Positions 46,701-58,802 of a DNA stretch of 64,000 bases are shown here, piece after piece. The translations under genes were made by a program, and so were the position numbers. Under the pieces are notes generated by a model. That model searched no databases and was not told where the DNA came from. It saw nothing but the letters and a program-made list of their open reading frames with translations. The stretch lies in contig QPGO01000029.1 of the NCBI GenBank assembly GCA_008632985.1, forward strand, positions 570,874-634,873. The letters run 5' to 3'. Position 1 is the first letter of the stretch. Each line of letters starts with the position of its first letter. Source of the DNA: Psammoneis japonica. Its lineage: Eukaryota.

Positions 46701-47171
46701 CTCCAGCTGAACCAGTCACTTGCTGAAGACCCACAGCTGAATTCTTTTGTGAAGTATCTGTGCGATAGCGAAGAAGCAAAGCATGGTGGACGAGAGAGGT
46801 CGATAAACGGTCCCATTGACGTATTTTGCACCGACATGATTCGCGAGTGCCTAGCCTGCGACAAGGAGGAGGCGATGCCGCTCTACTTAACGCTCCGTGG
46901 AGCAACTGAATCGCTAGGAACCGACAGCGTCGTTGAAGCTAGTGCAACGGTATGGGACATTCGCCTGATTCGTACGTATTACGAAGCTTACGGCCGCTGT
47001 TTCGACGAGCGATTCACATACAAGAAGTTGCTTGATCCAGATTTTGTTTCTTTGCTAGTTGAAACGGTGAATGAATACGTTGTCGATCAACCAGCATCGC
47101 CACAACTTCTGTCTGATGATGCAAGGAGTGCATGCTTTCTTACGTGGTGCAGCATTCCCTTTCCCGCTTGA
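40734..47171 (+). CDS. ANAPC1: Anaphase-promoting complex subunit 1; introns 41744-41828, 45395-45472 and probably 46377-46451; apparent 1-nt frameshift at ~42649-42651
   Basis: RFSEDNRVREAGRLL, LALPVGRGMLTL, WPEFHNGVAAG, GLLLALGLRGH, GLLYQGSSHRLMTEFLL, TAPGAILALGLMYL, AIGLLFLGGG and DNKYHLQALRH. Confidence 0.93.
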
Positions 47172-47584
47172 AGCAGTAATTAACCCGTTGAAGCAGAGCA
47201 CTATCCCTAACGAGTAGGACTGATCGTGCCGTCAAAACGAAATAGTCGTAGAGAGTACCCGAACAATCTTTACTCTAGAGGAACTCCGTGTTGCCGTAGT
47301 CTAGGACTTGTACATGTTCACACATTGAAAGAATCGCTCCGACCGTGATACTCTTTCAAGAACAACAGTACGGGCCAAGCACTACTGGTAAACCATAAAC
47401 CACCACACCTTGCTTCTTATTTCAACGACAAAAGTGCTTATTCAAAGGTTTCTCCCAAGGCCTTATCTTGTTAACTTTATTAATAATAGCTTTGCATCAT
47501 CCCCAAGATCTTTCACAGTAATATAATGTAATATTGCGTCTCGTGCCTCGAAACGTAAATTGACGGCGATAGCATGGAACGCGG

Positions 47585-49061
47585 TTATATCTCAGAGTCA
47601 TCATCCCCATACTTCCCCAACAACAAATTCTCAAAGGACTCTGTAGCGGAAACTCCCTTTGACCACTCCTTTTCAGCACTTTTCATCTCATTGGGCTCAC
47701 CCTGAAACACGAGAGAAGAGTTTGCAGGAAATGAGAATATGCGCTGTAAAATTCCTTTGACAAGTAAGGCACTCGATCCCTTCTTTGGTACTCACGGTTC
47801 GACGTCTTGCTCCAAGAACAGGTGTCAAGGTAAAGTTTGAAGACGGAGACATGCTGTTGGCTTCGACTGAAGACTGTTCATCTTCTGTTGTCCATTCAGC
47901 TTCCGAAACGACTATAGCATCACTTGCCGTCATGGATGAATCATCTTCTTGGTGCTCCAGAATAACACTCATGCTATCTGTCACCTGATAAGCCGCCGGA
48001 AGCATGTTGCCCGGTGGAGAATACGGGGATGATGGGCCTTCGTCTGACGAGCTGTCCTCGGCGGTCGGAACGCGTTGCACATCATCGTCCTGCTTTGGGA
48101 GAGGCGTCCGTCTTGAACAATACTTCAAGTACAGAGCAACGCCTGCTGCACCAACAAAGGCGACTGCAGCGCAAGAAAAGATTAAAGTAGAGCGGGACGA
48201 TACGCTCCCGCCGCCTGATGATACCTGTGGGTTATCCTTGGGGGTATCGACATTTGGCGTAACAAGAGTGGCGTCCTCGAGACCATCGATGGATGTAGAG
48301 GCTGTTTTGAAAAAGTCGCGAATTATGGAAAGAGTATAATACCGTGCAAGGTTCGCGTTGTACGGATCTGTGAAAAACAGAGTCATTCCTCCGCTGACGA
48401 CGGTGCAAGTTAAAAGCGAAGCGACCGAATTGCACGTTCCTGTGTGTTGCAGAAATCAGAAGGAAAAATAAGGCATTGTAGTTGTAATATACGTCAAACC
48501 ATATTTGTTGGGTTCCTCTACACAACGCATACCTTTCGTAGAGGGCATATCGACTGGACGAGAGTCAACAGCAACAACTCCAGCTTCGCTCACAGGACCG
48601 TACGTAGTTGTATCATCAGCCAGCTTTCGATGTCGCACTCCCCGATTGCGACGACTACCGAGACCATCACATTCTGGCAGAAAGAAAGACGCAATTGCAT
48701 AGTTGAGGTCAGCTTCAAGAGTAGCCCGTACTTTGCCTTCGTCAACATTCGGCTCTGTCACCATGGCGTAGGTGTATTCAATCACGTCAAATTCAGAAAA
48801 CGAGTCTGTACAATGCAGGGTCGTTTCATCTTCAAACGTGAGTTTGCTCGGAATTGTATCACGATCTTGATCTGCTAGAATCTGAGCCTTTTCCAATAAA
48901 TCATCAAGACTCCCACTAAAGCTTTCATGCTTGACGTTGTTTCGTACAAGCCGACTGTCAGCCGACGAACCGGATGCGAGGAGTGTCACGACGCCGATTG
49001 AAAGAATTGTGGATCGTCTCCGTCCAGACCGGACTATACATTGTTTTGAGCCGCTTCTCAT
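47585..49061 (-). CDS. Putative type I single-pass membrane protein; introns 48440-48532 and 47702-47795
   Basis: Signal-like ILSIGVVTLLASGSSA, Cys-containing ectodomain, TM LIFSCAAVAFVGAAGVALYL and acidic cytoplasmic tail. GT-AG splice joins keep the frame (STK|GTCNSVASLLTCTVVSGGMTLF; RRT|GEPNE...DSEI-stop). Confidence 0.7.
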
Positions 49062-49686
49062 GTCACTCCACTTGTTGCTATTGACGTCTAGCTCTCTTTG
49101 CCACTCGCTATGAATATCATACACCCTTTGTCTTGGCCTGCCTTTTGCTTTTTGTTGTCCCTTGTATGTCGTGTCAAAGTTTCAAAATCGGCGGCAGTGT
49201 GGCTGTGTGAATTCAAACTCAACCGTCCTTTCATCAACGATATACATAGCCAAATTGTTATATTCTCGAATATTTAGGTATGACTATTTGCATTCGTGAA
49301 TAAACTTATATTTGAATTGCGCATTCGAAGAATAGCGTGACCGTTTGATAATATCATAAAGACTTTAATAAATAATATGTTCTCCAAAGTCATAGATATA
49401 AATTATTTATTGTTGATGTTAAAATTAAAAAATTACAATTCAAATGTGTTTTATCCGGCCGGCTGAATATATACCGGATCTTCGTGGCATAAGTTTGTGA
49501 AAGTCACGCCCGGCCGTCGTCGGTCGTCGGCTTTCAGCTTGCGTTTTCTTCGTCGTCGCGTTGTGTTTGTGTTGCGTTGCGCGTTTGCATGTTGCATGTT
49601 CGTCTCAACCATCTCAACGTGTTTTGCTGTTTCGCTCAGAAGGTTGTTTCGTGCCAAAGGCTAGACCATACACATTGCTATTGAAC

Positions 49687-50377
49687 ATGGCTCACTCTCG
49701 ACTTGAAAAGGAAGTTGCGGATATATCCAAGGGCGATGATACGGCTGGTGTTATGGCGAAGAAAGCCGGCAAAGATCTGAATCATCTAAAGGGAACAATA
49801 AAGGGATCGTCGGGAACTCCTTATGAAGGAGGAGTGTTTGTTGTCGACATTGTCATTCCAAAGCAGTATCCGTTCGAGCCTCCCAAGATGAAGTTTGATA
49901 CGAAAATCTGGCATCCAAACATATCGTCTCAGACGGGTGCTATATGCTTGGTAAGAGCAGAGTCGGGTTGCTGCATCAGTCATTGTGACTGTTTCTGATC
50001 GTGACTGTGTTTTACTGGCAACCGATTGCTTATTATGCGCTTTTTTCATTTTTGCGTCAATAGGATATTCTGAAAGACCAATGGAGCCCAGCCTTGACGA
50101 TAAAAACGGCGCTTCTCTCGTTGCAGGCACTCTTGTGCTCACCCGAGCCCAGCGATCCTCAAGATGCCGAGGTGGCGAAAATGTATCTGTCGGACCGCGA
50201 GAATTTGACCGGACCGCAAAGTTCTGGACAGAAACATATGCGCAGGAAACAAATACAGACGATGCTATTGCTCGCGTGTGTGACATGGGATTTGACAAAA
50301 AGAGTGCAAAGAAAGCCTTGGAGAAACACAACTGGAGTGTAGACGATGCGGTTGCCGATTTGCTTGGAGGTTTGTGA
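49687..50377 (+). CDS. UBE2K: Ubiquitin-conjugating enzyme E2 with C-terminal UBA (Ubc1/UBE2K); intron 49951-50063; apparent 1-nt frameshift at ~50202
   Basis: [68 protein letters not shown] and [26 protein letters not shown]. Confidence 0.93.
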
Positions 50378-50650
50378 AGATGGATTGCGAATCAAATACC
50401 TGTAACACGTACTTCTTTAAGCCAACAATGTCACGTTGGTTTGGAGTAGGTTACTTTGGCTTGTCTGCGTGTTTGGATTATCGTTGCTCGAGAAATACTG
50501 TTTTGGATCTGATTTTGGGCAAGCTCTTGCTCTAGTAGGTATCTCTCTTCAAAGGTAATTGTAATGATGTAGACGCAAGCTTTGAGAATATTTCCATGAA
50601 TTATATGGATGCCATTTTGTTCTGTACAGTATCGACATGTAATGGGTGCT

Positions 50651-51722
50651 TCAGTTGCTCAGGTTGATGAGTGTTGGCATGTTGCTGACTCTGGAATAAA
50701 CGTGCTCTCGATCGTCTACACGTTTGGAGCAACTAACTTCAAATTCATACATTACCGGGGGAACATGGTCGATAGCACCCCCAGCGATTTCAAATATCTT
50801 TAGCAAAACCGATCGGAGCATGCCTTCTGCCGTGTCCTGGAGGGTTAAAAGCAGATAACATTTAACTTAGGAGCTCGCCAAGAATCTGACGAAAATACTC
50901 TTCAGCCCTGGCTTTGAACTTACCTGAATTCTTTGTCGCTCAATTACCGCAGCTGAGTCATCGCCAACGGGTCTTGGCGTGTTGTTGACGACAACCCGTA
51001 TTATCCATTGCTCCCACCTAAGGTACAGAACATATCAATTGCGGAAGGAAAACGACAACATAATAACGGTGAGAATGGACGAAGAAGATTGGAGCGGAAA
51101 TATTGAAACTACCTGGGGAGAATTGAAACTCACACGACGTGCTCTTCGTGTGAGACGAGTCCAAACAGTTGCCTCGATGCACGACGTTCGAAAAAGCTCA
51201 ATGTTAAACAACCCTATAAATCAAGTCGTGTGCAAAAGCAGAAACAAGAATGAGTACCAGGTACTTCTACTTCACAAATAATAAAGCGAAGAAACAAAAA
51301 CACGCATAATTCGATACATACACTCAGAAGCTCCGGTCCGATCTGAGTAAGAGACCGCAGCAAGGATTCAATTGCCCCATCTACTTTTCTGTCAACGTCA
51401 CTTTCGAGAGAGGAGGGAAGAGACGGAGCACCCAGCTTGTGCGAGTCACCACTGGCTATTCGAGTGTACGTCAAATCAAATCCTTCACAATCAACATCAC
51501 GAGGGGCAACCGGACCAGGAGACCGGATACTGATGAATGGAATAACAAGTAAGAAAAAGAACAGGTGGTCAGATGTGGACGTCACTGAATATTCAGCCCT
51601 GCTCTACCCTTTACCGCAGAACAAACTTACAAGAGGATGGTGTGGAGGATACTTTGAAGAGCTTCGCGCACCTGCCCCGTCGCCAGTTCCAGCTCTGGTA
51701 GATGGTGCTCTTTACAGTTCAT
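50651..51722 (-). CDS. ATG101: Autophagy-related protein 101 (HORMA), 219 aa; exons 51722-51631, 51529-51322, 51213-51134, 51017-50924 and 50836-50651
   Basis: Manual splicing gives MNCKEHHLPELEL...ILHTILFIRSPGPVAPRDVDCEGFDLTYTRI...GCLTLSFFERR...VWEQWII...IDHVPPVMYEFEV. All four introns are GT-AG, and the exons total 660 nt. Confidence 0.9.
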
Positions 51723-51929
51723 TGCGATGGCAAGTTGTGATCAGCAAGCCAACTGCTGTTCTTCAATGGGAATCGAGACTAAATCCACCGCTAGAAGAAC
51801 GAGTTTGTGTCATCGCGGTGGCCGGTGGGTCGCCGCGCGGTGGGTCCAGGTCCGTCTCTCGTCGTTTCTATCTGGGTTGGGGGTGCGGGCTGAGCTCACC
51901 TTGGTTCCGTCCATCCATCCATCCGATCC

Positions 51930-54230
51930 ATTGTGATGACAAGGACAAAGGACAACACCCCACATCATGAGATTCAATTCTTTGGAATGAAGACAGCCTT
52001 TGCATGCCTGCTTGTTCAAAAATTGTGTGCCAAACATGAGCTTTCTCTTCAAAATGATTGCGCCAATGAACCATGAATCACAGGACAAAACAACAGCACA
52101 GCAGCTTGGCTGGCAAAATGTTCAACCAGAATGAAAGCAATGCAGCAATGTCAGATCTCTCGTCCTTGAACAGTGGTTGAAAGCAAAATCAGACTGAGTC
52201 TGTCCATGCAAAACTTGCTTTCCACTTCCACAACAACCAGCCTCTCAAATCTTAAAAGATGGCTGCACAACAAGCACGACACTCCATTGAGCTGTCAGGC
52301 TGGATGTTCTGACCTGACACCAATTAAACCCAGAGCTTTGAAAATGTGGTGATGTGCCCACCTGAGTGGAATTGGCTGGCAAAGCACTTCAGAGACTTCT
52401 TCAGACAATTGTTTTTGCTGTTGGCTGGCATGCAGCAAGAAGTTGCCGCCATGACTTGCACAACTGAGATGGTTGGCGATGATGCTGCCACACCTTTCCT
52501 TGTGCAAGACAAATCATCTGAGGTGCAAGGTCAAATGCAGAAATCATGCAGGAGCACACTTTGAAGTTGAAGGGAGTCCAAGAAGACCCATCACACTGAC
52601 ATGTTGTCTCTTTTGCAGGTTGACACTGGTGCTGTTTGCAACAAATGGAGAAGAGTGCAAACAGCATTGTCTCCAAACAAGGAATGTGAAAAACATTGCT
52701 GCCTCTCAACACCTTGCAATTGTTTGCAAACAAGCCAACAACCCAAGGCAGGCATCATGATGGATTCTTGTTTGCCACACTTGAAAGCAATGAATCTTTT
52801 CTTGCTGTTTGCTGATTCTTGTTTGCTGCATTTGAAAGTGACAAATCATTTGCTGTTTGTTGCTGTGTTTGACCCATGCATGGACTGTTTGTTGTTGGCA
52901 TTTTTTGCAGAGAACAATGTGTCACATTGCACTCCACATGAGGCAACAACTTGACTTGCAACATGTGGCTGTGTGACAGCTTTGTTGCTTGTTGTTGTCT
53001 TTGACTCTCTTTCACCCCCTTGGTTGCCTTTGTTTTTGCAGATCATGTGAGACTGTTGTTGCGCTCCTTTTTGTTGTTGTGCTGCTGCTGCAATCTGTGG
53101 TGACCAGCATCATCATGCGCATTGATGAGAGTGAGAGAGCTGCATCCTGTGGGTGTGTCTTTCCTTGCAATGCAATGCATTCTCACACATGCATCCCTCC
53201 TCACAATCCAACACATTTTTTTCAACTTGCTGGCAGCAGCAGAAGGTGGCCAAGGCAGTCAGTTGCCAACAACTCCTCTGTGCACCATTTCATTGGGCAC
53301 ATGTCAAATGTCCAACAATCAAGTGGACTTCATTCACACACATGGCAGCAAGCACCTTGGGCATTTGAGGATGCTGACTCCACAAATTGCACCAACAACA
53401 ATGATGTCAGCTCTTTCCACATCTCCTCAAGCTGAGAAATGCCAGCCAACTGAGTGTGGGCACATGTTGTGCTCAAAATGTGTCCAAACTGCAGGTGCCA
53501 TGAAAATTGTTTTGTGTGTCACTGCTCACTTAAATCTTTTGCCAATCATTGCTGGAAGCAACAACACAACCTTGTCCATTCTTTCCACAGAATCAGCTTG
53601 GCTGCCAACAAAACTTGTTCAAACAAGGCACTCATCTGGAATTGGCAAAGCAACCAAGAGCTGCAGTGCACTCACAAGCCTGCCATCTTCAACTTCTTGC
53701 CTTGCCTTCACTTCAACTCCCTTTCTTTGCATTCTTCTTCCTCTGCCATCAGCAATTTGATTGGCACCTTTCTCTTGATCTTCTCCTCTGCTCTCCCATC
53801 ACCGTGTCTCTCTGCTGGAACAACTGTCAAATGATCGCAATGTCCTCTCTCTCCACAAACTCAAATCAACAAAAGCCAACTTCAGAAGTTGTGGGTGTCA
53901 GTTTCAATGACTTCAACAAATTGCTGAGGAAGACTTTGGTTGCTCAAGTGGATGTGTGCACAATGTGCTTTCATCACATTTGATGGAACCCACACTGAGT
54001 GCCCCATTCTCACCACCAAGGTTGGCCAGTTTGTCGTCAACAGGAGTTGATGCATCTCTGTCACCATCAGGAAAATCTCTGCAACACACAAGCCAGAAAT
54101 GGTTCTTAGTTCTCAACATCATCATCAAGCAATGAATGCTGGGCAACTTCTTTTTATGGGATTGCTGTCATGCTGTGGGCTGATTGTGCATTGGACAACC
54201 CTGAAAACATTGCACACTGGACAACTCTTT
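51930..54230. other. TpA-erased, CpG-depleted block D
   Basis: TA and CG rare, TG/CA saturated, ORFs Tyr-free. Confidence 0.85.
52763..52859. repeat. Tandem duplication (~50 bp) with reciprocal CA/TG differences
   Basis: gattcttgtttgcCAcacttgaaagCAaTGaatc versus gattcttgtttgcTGcatttgaaagTGaCAaatc. Confidence 0.85.
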
Positions 54231-54300
54231 TAAAACAGGATTGCTGTCACGCTACCGGTGCGCGGGCTGATTGCACATTAGATGACCCCGAAAACAGTGC
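54140..54300. repeat. Tandem duplication (~80 bp) straddling the right edge of block D
   Basis: ggattgctgtca...gggctgattg..catt.ga..accc.gaaaaca starts at 54159 and again at 54238. Confidence 0.8.
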
Positions 54301-54567
54301 TCCGTCAGTGACGCAAACGAACGCATAAGTTCTTCATATTCACACATGCAGAACAACAGTCATCGTGCGGCTTTCTCCCGAGGCGAAAGCGCTTCCGTAA
54401 TCTCTTTTCTTCCTGATGTCTGATTCAGCAAAACTCTACAGTAGGTACACAAAATCAAAGCATAGAGATTGCTAAATCTCCACCAGAGTATGTGTTTAAA
54501 TGAAGATACGTCTTCTTGTAGCATAGATGATTCAGTCAGTAAATCGTGGCTCTTCCGCATTCTCAAG

Positions 54568-55734
54568 CTAGTCCTTCTTCTTTGCGACTGCAGCTGCGGA
54601 ATGAAAGACGCATCCTGTGACCATCCCCACAGTCACCAGGACGCCTCCAACAATGCTTACGAGTGAGCTCAGAAATACAAAAAAGTTGTCTCGATATTCC
54701 ACATGATGAACGGTCAAGGGTGTAAAATCATACGCAAGAGCCAAGCCTGGTAGTATCTGGCTATTCTGACTCACAAGGTACTCGGGCTGCACCATGTGCT
54801 CTGTCACAGAGGCCTGGTACATTTCTCTCTCGGAAAAAAAGCGCTTGTACCGTGTCGGGACTAGCCTTACATTGATGTTTGCAAGGCCAACACCCCCTGC
54901 ATCATTCTCGACAATGTGGGCGGTATTTTTCAAAGGGTCGTGAGTCAAAGGAAACGGGGCACCAAAGTGAATTGAGTGAACATAGTGGCTGCAACCAAGA
55001 GCACGTGTGAGAACGAAATGGAGCTCCTTGACATATATGGGAGATGAAAAGCAAATAAAAGCAGTCCATTCTCACCTTATGTTGAAAAGCTGGATTCTTC
55101 CTTGTAAACGACCGTCCGGTCCAGCCATATGCAAGTTTCCAGTTGCGAGCCTCCAAGCACGATGAGATACCGTAGCCGTAAATGTGCCTCCTACCTTGGC
55201 AATATCAATCATTCCTTTAATTGTGCACCCCCCATGCGAGTACCGTTCTGGGTCTTTGAATAGTGCTCCAAGTTCACGAAGCGTGGGCTTTCTCAGTCGC
55301 AGTGCGTTGTTGCCGTGAATCTGTTGGAACTTCCCCGTAGAAAGGTATGCGTTATCGTGAGCGCAGTCCATGTCTGCACAAGACATATGAGGAAAGGTTA
55401 CATGTACATGCAAGAAAATGCGACCTTCTCGTTCGTTTGGCTGGGCTAAGTGTTGTGCACTCGGGAGAATGGATATAGGCGAGGAATCAGAGAGACGTAA
55501 GGAGTGCCGAGTTGTACCAGCGACGTAAAGATAAACTTGAGCGAGGAAGAGAAGCCCGGCCGTACCAGCAGCAATGACAGTGATTAAGCCTCCTGTTTAC
55601 AGGAAAGATACGTAATGCATCAGTTACACACAAAAGTTGAACGACAGCAACAATTTGAACGAAGCTGTACCTAGTGTTGAACGAGTCTGAACATCATTCC
55701 TCGGTTTGGTAAACGTATCCATTGGACTTATCAT
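54568..55734 (-). CDS. ER-Golgi vesicle protein of the ERGIC3/Erv46 family; introns 55593-55670 and 54989-55075
   Basis: DTFTKPRNDVQTRSTLGGLIT, VTFPHMSC, GCTIKGMIDIAKVGGTF, FNISHYVHSIHFG, PGLALAYDFTPL, FLSSLVSIVGGV and a C-terminal dilysine KKKD. Confidence 0.88.
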
Positions 55735-57343
55735 CTTCACAGTTCCCTCCAATGGTCGCGACGCAGGTTAATGGTATGGAAAACTACTTGTAGGCGAGAC
55801 AATGACGGTGACTTCAGCCCGTGCTGTCATTGTGGGGGCGTGCCGGTCGGAAGTCGGCGGCGCAGTCGGCCGAAATTCTACTCTTTTGCCACCGTTTTCG
55901 AAAAACACAGAAAACGCAGAAAAGGGACGTCTTTTATCAAAAAATCAATCTCGAGCACGACGCATGACAGGCTGAGGTCCATCTGTCAATCTATCTTGCC
56001 ATCTTGCTTTGTTGGTTCGCTCTGCCTCTGGCACAGCACTTTGGAGGAAGTCTAGCTGCTGCTGCAGTGCTCGAGAGCAAGTGGACGGAAATGGAAGCTT
56101 CGTGCTTGGTCGTGTCAATGAGCAGCGCCACGACCTCACAACACCACCACATCTCCTGACTTTTTTTGCACCTGCCAGCTTGCTGCTCCGATCTCCAATG
56201 CTTTGTCACCATTGCTGGAACTTTCATTGCCAAACAGAGGTGCGGGTCCATTTGAGCCTCTTTGCCATTTTCTCTTCTCCCTCTCCTCTTTTTGTGTGCT
56301 CTGGTGCGTGCCTGACCTTGACAGAGAGAAGCCCCCATTTTCAGCCTTGCTCACATCACTCACTGTGCCCTCAGCTGCTTTTTCCATTCTCCTTTGTTCT
56401 TGTCATCAACTCCAAGGCATGCCTGACATCTTGTCTGTGAAAGAGTTGACTGCACTTGTTTTCTTCTTTGGATGGCTGTGCAGCAGCTTGGTTGATGCGG
56501 CACATCTTTCTCTGCGAAGAACAAAAGAAGACACCAAGTCACCTCAGTCATCCCACACCATTTCCACACATCTCTCAAAGGGAAACCTGCACCCACCTTG
56601 GGAGCATCAGGGTCATCAACTTGAGTGCCAGTGGGGAAGTTCTTGCCAGGAGACAGAGGGAAAAAGAGAGCGGGAGGACTGCAGCCCCTGCATGCAGTCT
56701 TCTGGAGACGCTCTGAGCAGAGCAACATGCAATCACACCATGGAACCCTGTTGTGGAACAGCTGCAACTGCACCATGAAGTCACACAGCCATCTCCCAGA
56801 GGCCTTGTTGGGCCATTCACAGCATCAGGTGCCTGGGGCAACTTGGGATGAAAATGCTCATCAAGCTCAAGCAAGGTTCTTGTCTTGCAAAAGACCTGAA
56901 GACAGCAAGGCCAGTTGAGGCTGGGGGGGTGCAATTCCCAGCCTCTTTTGACAAACACCCACAAGAGATGTTGTGCCATCAGCTGGCATCATCACAAGCC
57001 CAGCATGAATGGAGGTGCAAGCTGGGTCACTTTTGTGTGATCCAAAAGGTCCCCTGACAGATCTCATGGTTGCTTGGTGCCAGGCCACCAAAACATGGAA
57101 GCCAGCAAGGCTGCATTGTTGTCCAAGAAAGGGGAAGCTGTGACCAACAAGACTCTGCACAAGCAACCACAAGCTCAAAAATTGTGAGCAGCCTCTGCCA
57201 ACACCCACACTGGTGGAGCTGTGCAGCAGCCTGTCAACAACCATCAACGTGCTTGAGCTCTGGGTGGGGCCTCACAGCTCTGGACTGCAACACAAGTGTT
57301 TTTTGATCATGTGCCACATGTGCATTGCTCAAGCACATTTCCA

Positions 57344-57368
57344 TGTGTGTGTGGTGTGTGTGTGTGTG
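57344..57368. repeat. (TG)n microsatellite
   Basis: tgtgtgtgtggtgtgtgtgtgtgtg. Confidence 0.8.
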
Positions 57369-58779
57369 CTCTTTTACAAAAAATTGCACTGACTTTGTGT
57401 TTTGCAAGACAGCAAGTGCTTTGGTTTTGCTGTTTCTGGGAACAAAAACAAGCTGGTGGCTGCACTTTTCAATGTCTGCAAAATGCAGCTGAGCACACCA
57501 GAAACAATGCACTCAATGCATGAACGATCATTGTCATTCACAAATTTGCCACTTTTTGTGGTGGTGTGGTGGTTGGCGTGCCCACTCAATTCTGCACATG
57601 AGCCACGCAACAGCAGAGTTGTCATGGGGTCAACAAACTGGGCATGCCAAAAGGACAAAAAGGGGCAAATCTGTGAGCCATCACAGTCATCTGCACTTGG
57701 GGCACATTGGCATTTCTGGCTTGCCATGGTGCACTCTTCAGACTTTGAAGAATGTGCCTGGTTTGATTTTGCTCTCAGCAGTCATCAGAAATGATGGAGA
57801 ACAAAATGCTGACAGCTTCACAAAACAGGATTTGTCACAGCCCAGTGCTGCAATGCAAAATCCCACCCAGAGCTGGAAAACACACTGATGGCTGTTGACA
57901 GGCTGCTGCAGCAGCACTGCAGGCAAAGGCAACAGCTGCCAACAATTTCTGAGTTTGGCTGCTCTTGACAAGTCTGTAAAATTGCTTCTTTGTGACTGCT
58001 GTTCTTTCCCCACTCTCCCACTTCTGCCACCCAACATGGTCACAGCACTGCTGTCCAGTGGTCCAGCAGCATGCTGCAGCTTTCCTTTTCTTGCCAAAAT
58101 GCAGCCTCAGTGGCTTTCACTTCTTGGCCTGGCAGCAACAACTGCGAGGTCCACCGGGCAACCCATTTTGATCATGAGAAAGTGTGGCCCAGTTCATGCT
58201 CATTTGTGCTGGTTTTCTGACAATGCTTGCTCACCCTTGCCTTTTTGCTGAGTGTGAAATCTTTTTGCAAGAAAGTGTGCATGGAAAATGCATGCTCAGC
58301 ATGTGGTGCACAATCAAAAAACATTCATGTTGCACCCCATTTCTTTGCGGTCCCACCCACAGAGCTCAAGTGCTCTCCACAATGGAGAAACAACACACTG
58401 TGACCATTGCAGCAGGATCCATCACACCAACAGTCACAAACAAAGGGAGCAGTGATGACATCATGTGCTGTCACTGGCAGGCAAACACAGCACATTTGAG
58501 AAAACATGGGGAGAAGCAGGCGGGACACAACACACTCCAACCAAGCCCAGTTTGGTGTGTCCAGCTGTGCACAGACATGACATGTTTGTGGAAGTGCAGC
58601 ATGATGAAATTTGAACAAAATCAACTCATGAGTTCAGTGTGCATGTTAGAATGACATTGTCAAATCCACACCCATTTTCAGCCCCAGTTCCACGCCAGCC
58701 AGGGGCATGGCTTGCCGGGAGCACAAACAGAGAGGGGGGTTGTTTCACAGCATGGAGGAGACCATTCTCATGAGAAAGA

Positions 58780-58802
58780 GGAGAGAGAGAGAGAGAGAGA
58801 GA
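58780..58802. repeat. (GA)n microsatellite
   Basis: gagagagagagagagagagaga. Confidence 0.85.

Noticed and set aside
49250..49450. AT-rich intergenic stretch as a special element
   Set aside because: Similar AT-rich patches precede other genes (3140-3360, 7110-7340, 11890-12040) and are consistent with ordinary promoter DNA.
50979..51970. Plus-strand ORFs 50979-51281 and 51437-51970
   Set aside because: They are antisense shadows of the spliced ATG101 gene.
57344..57368. (TG)n tract as a converted (TA)n microsatellite
   Set aside because: Strand-symmetric conversion should give a TG/CA mixture. A pure TG tract is an ordinary microsatellite.
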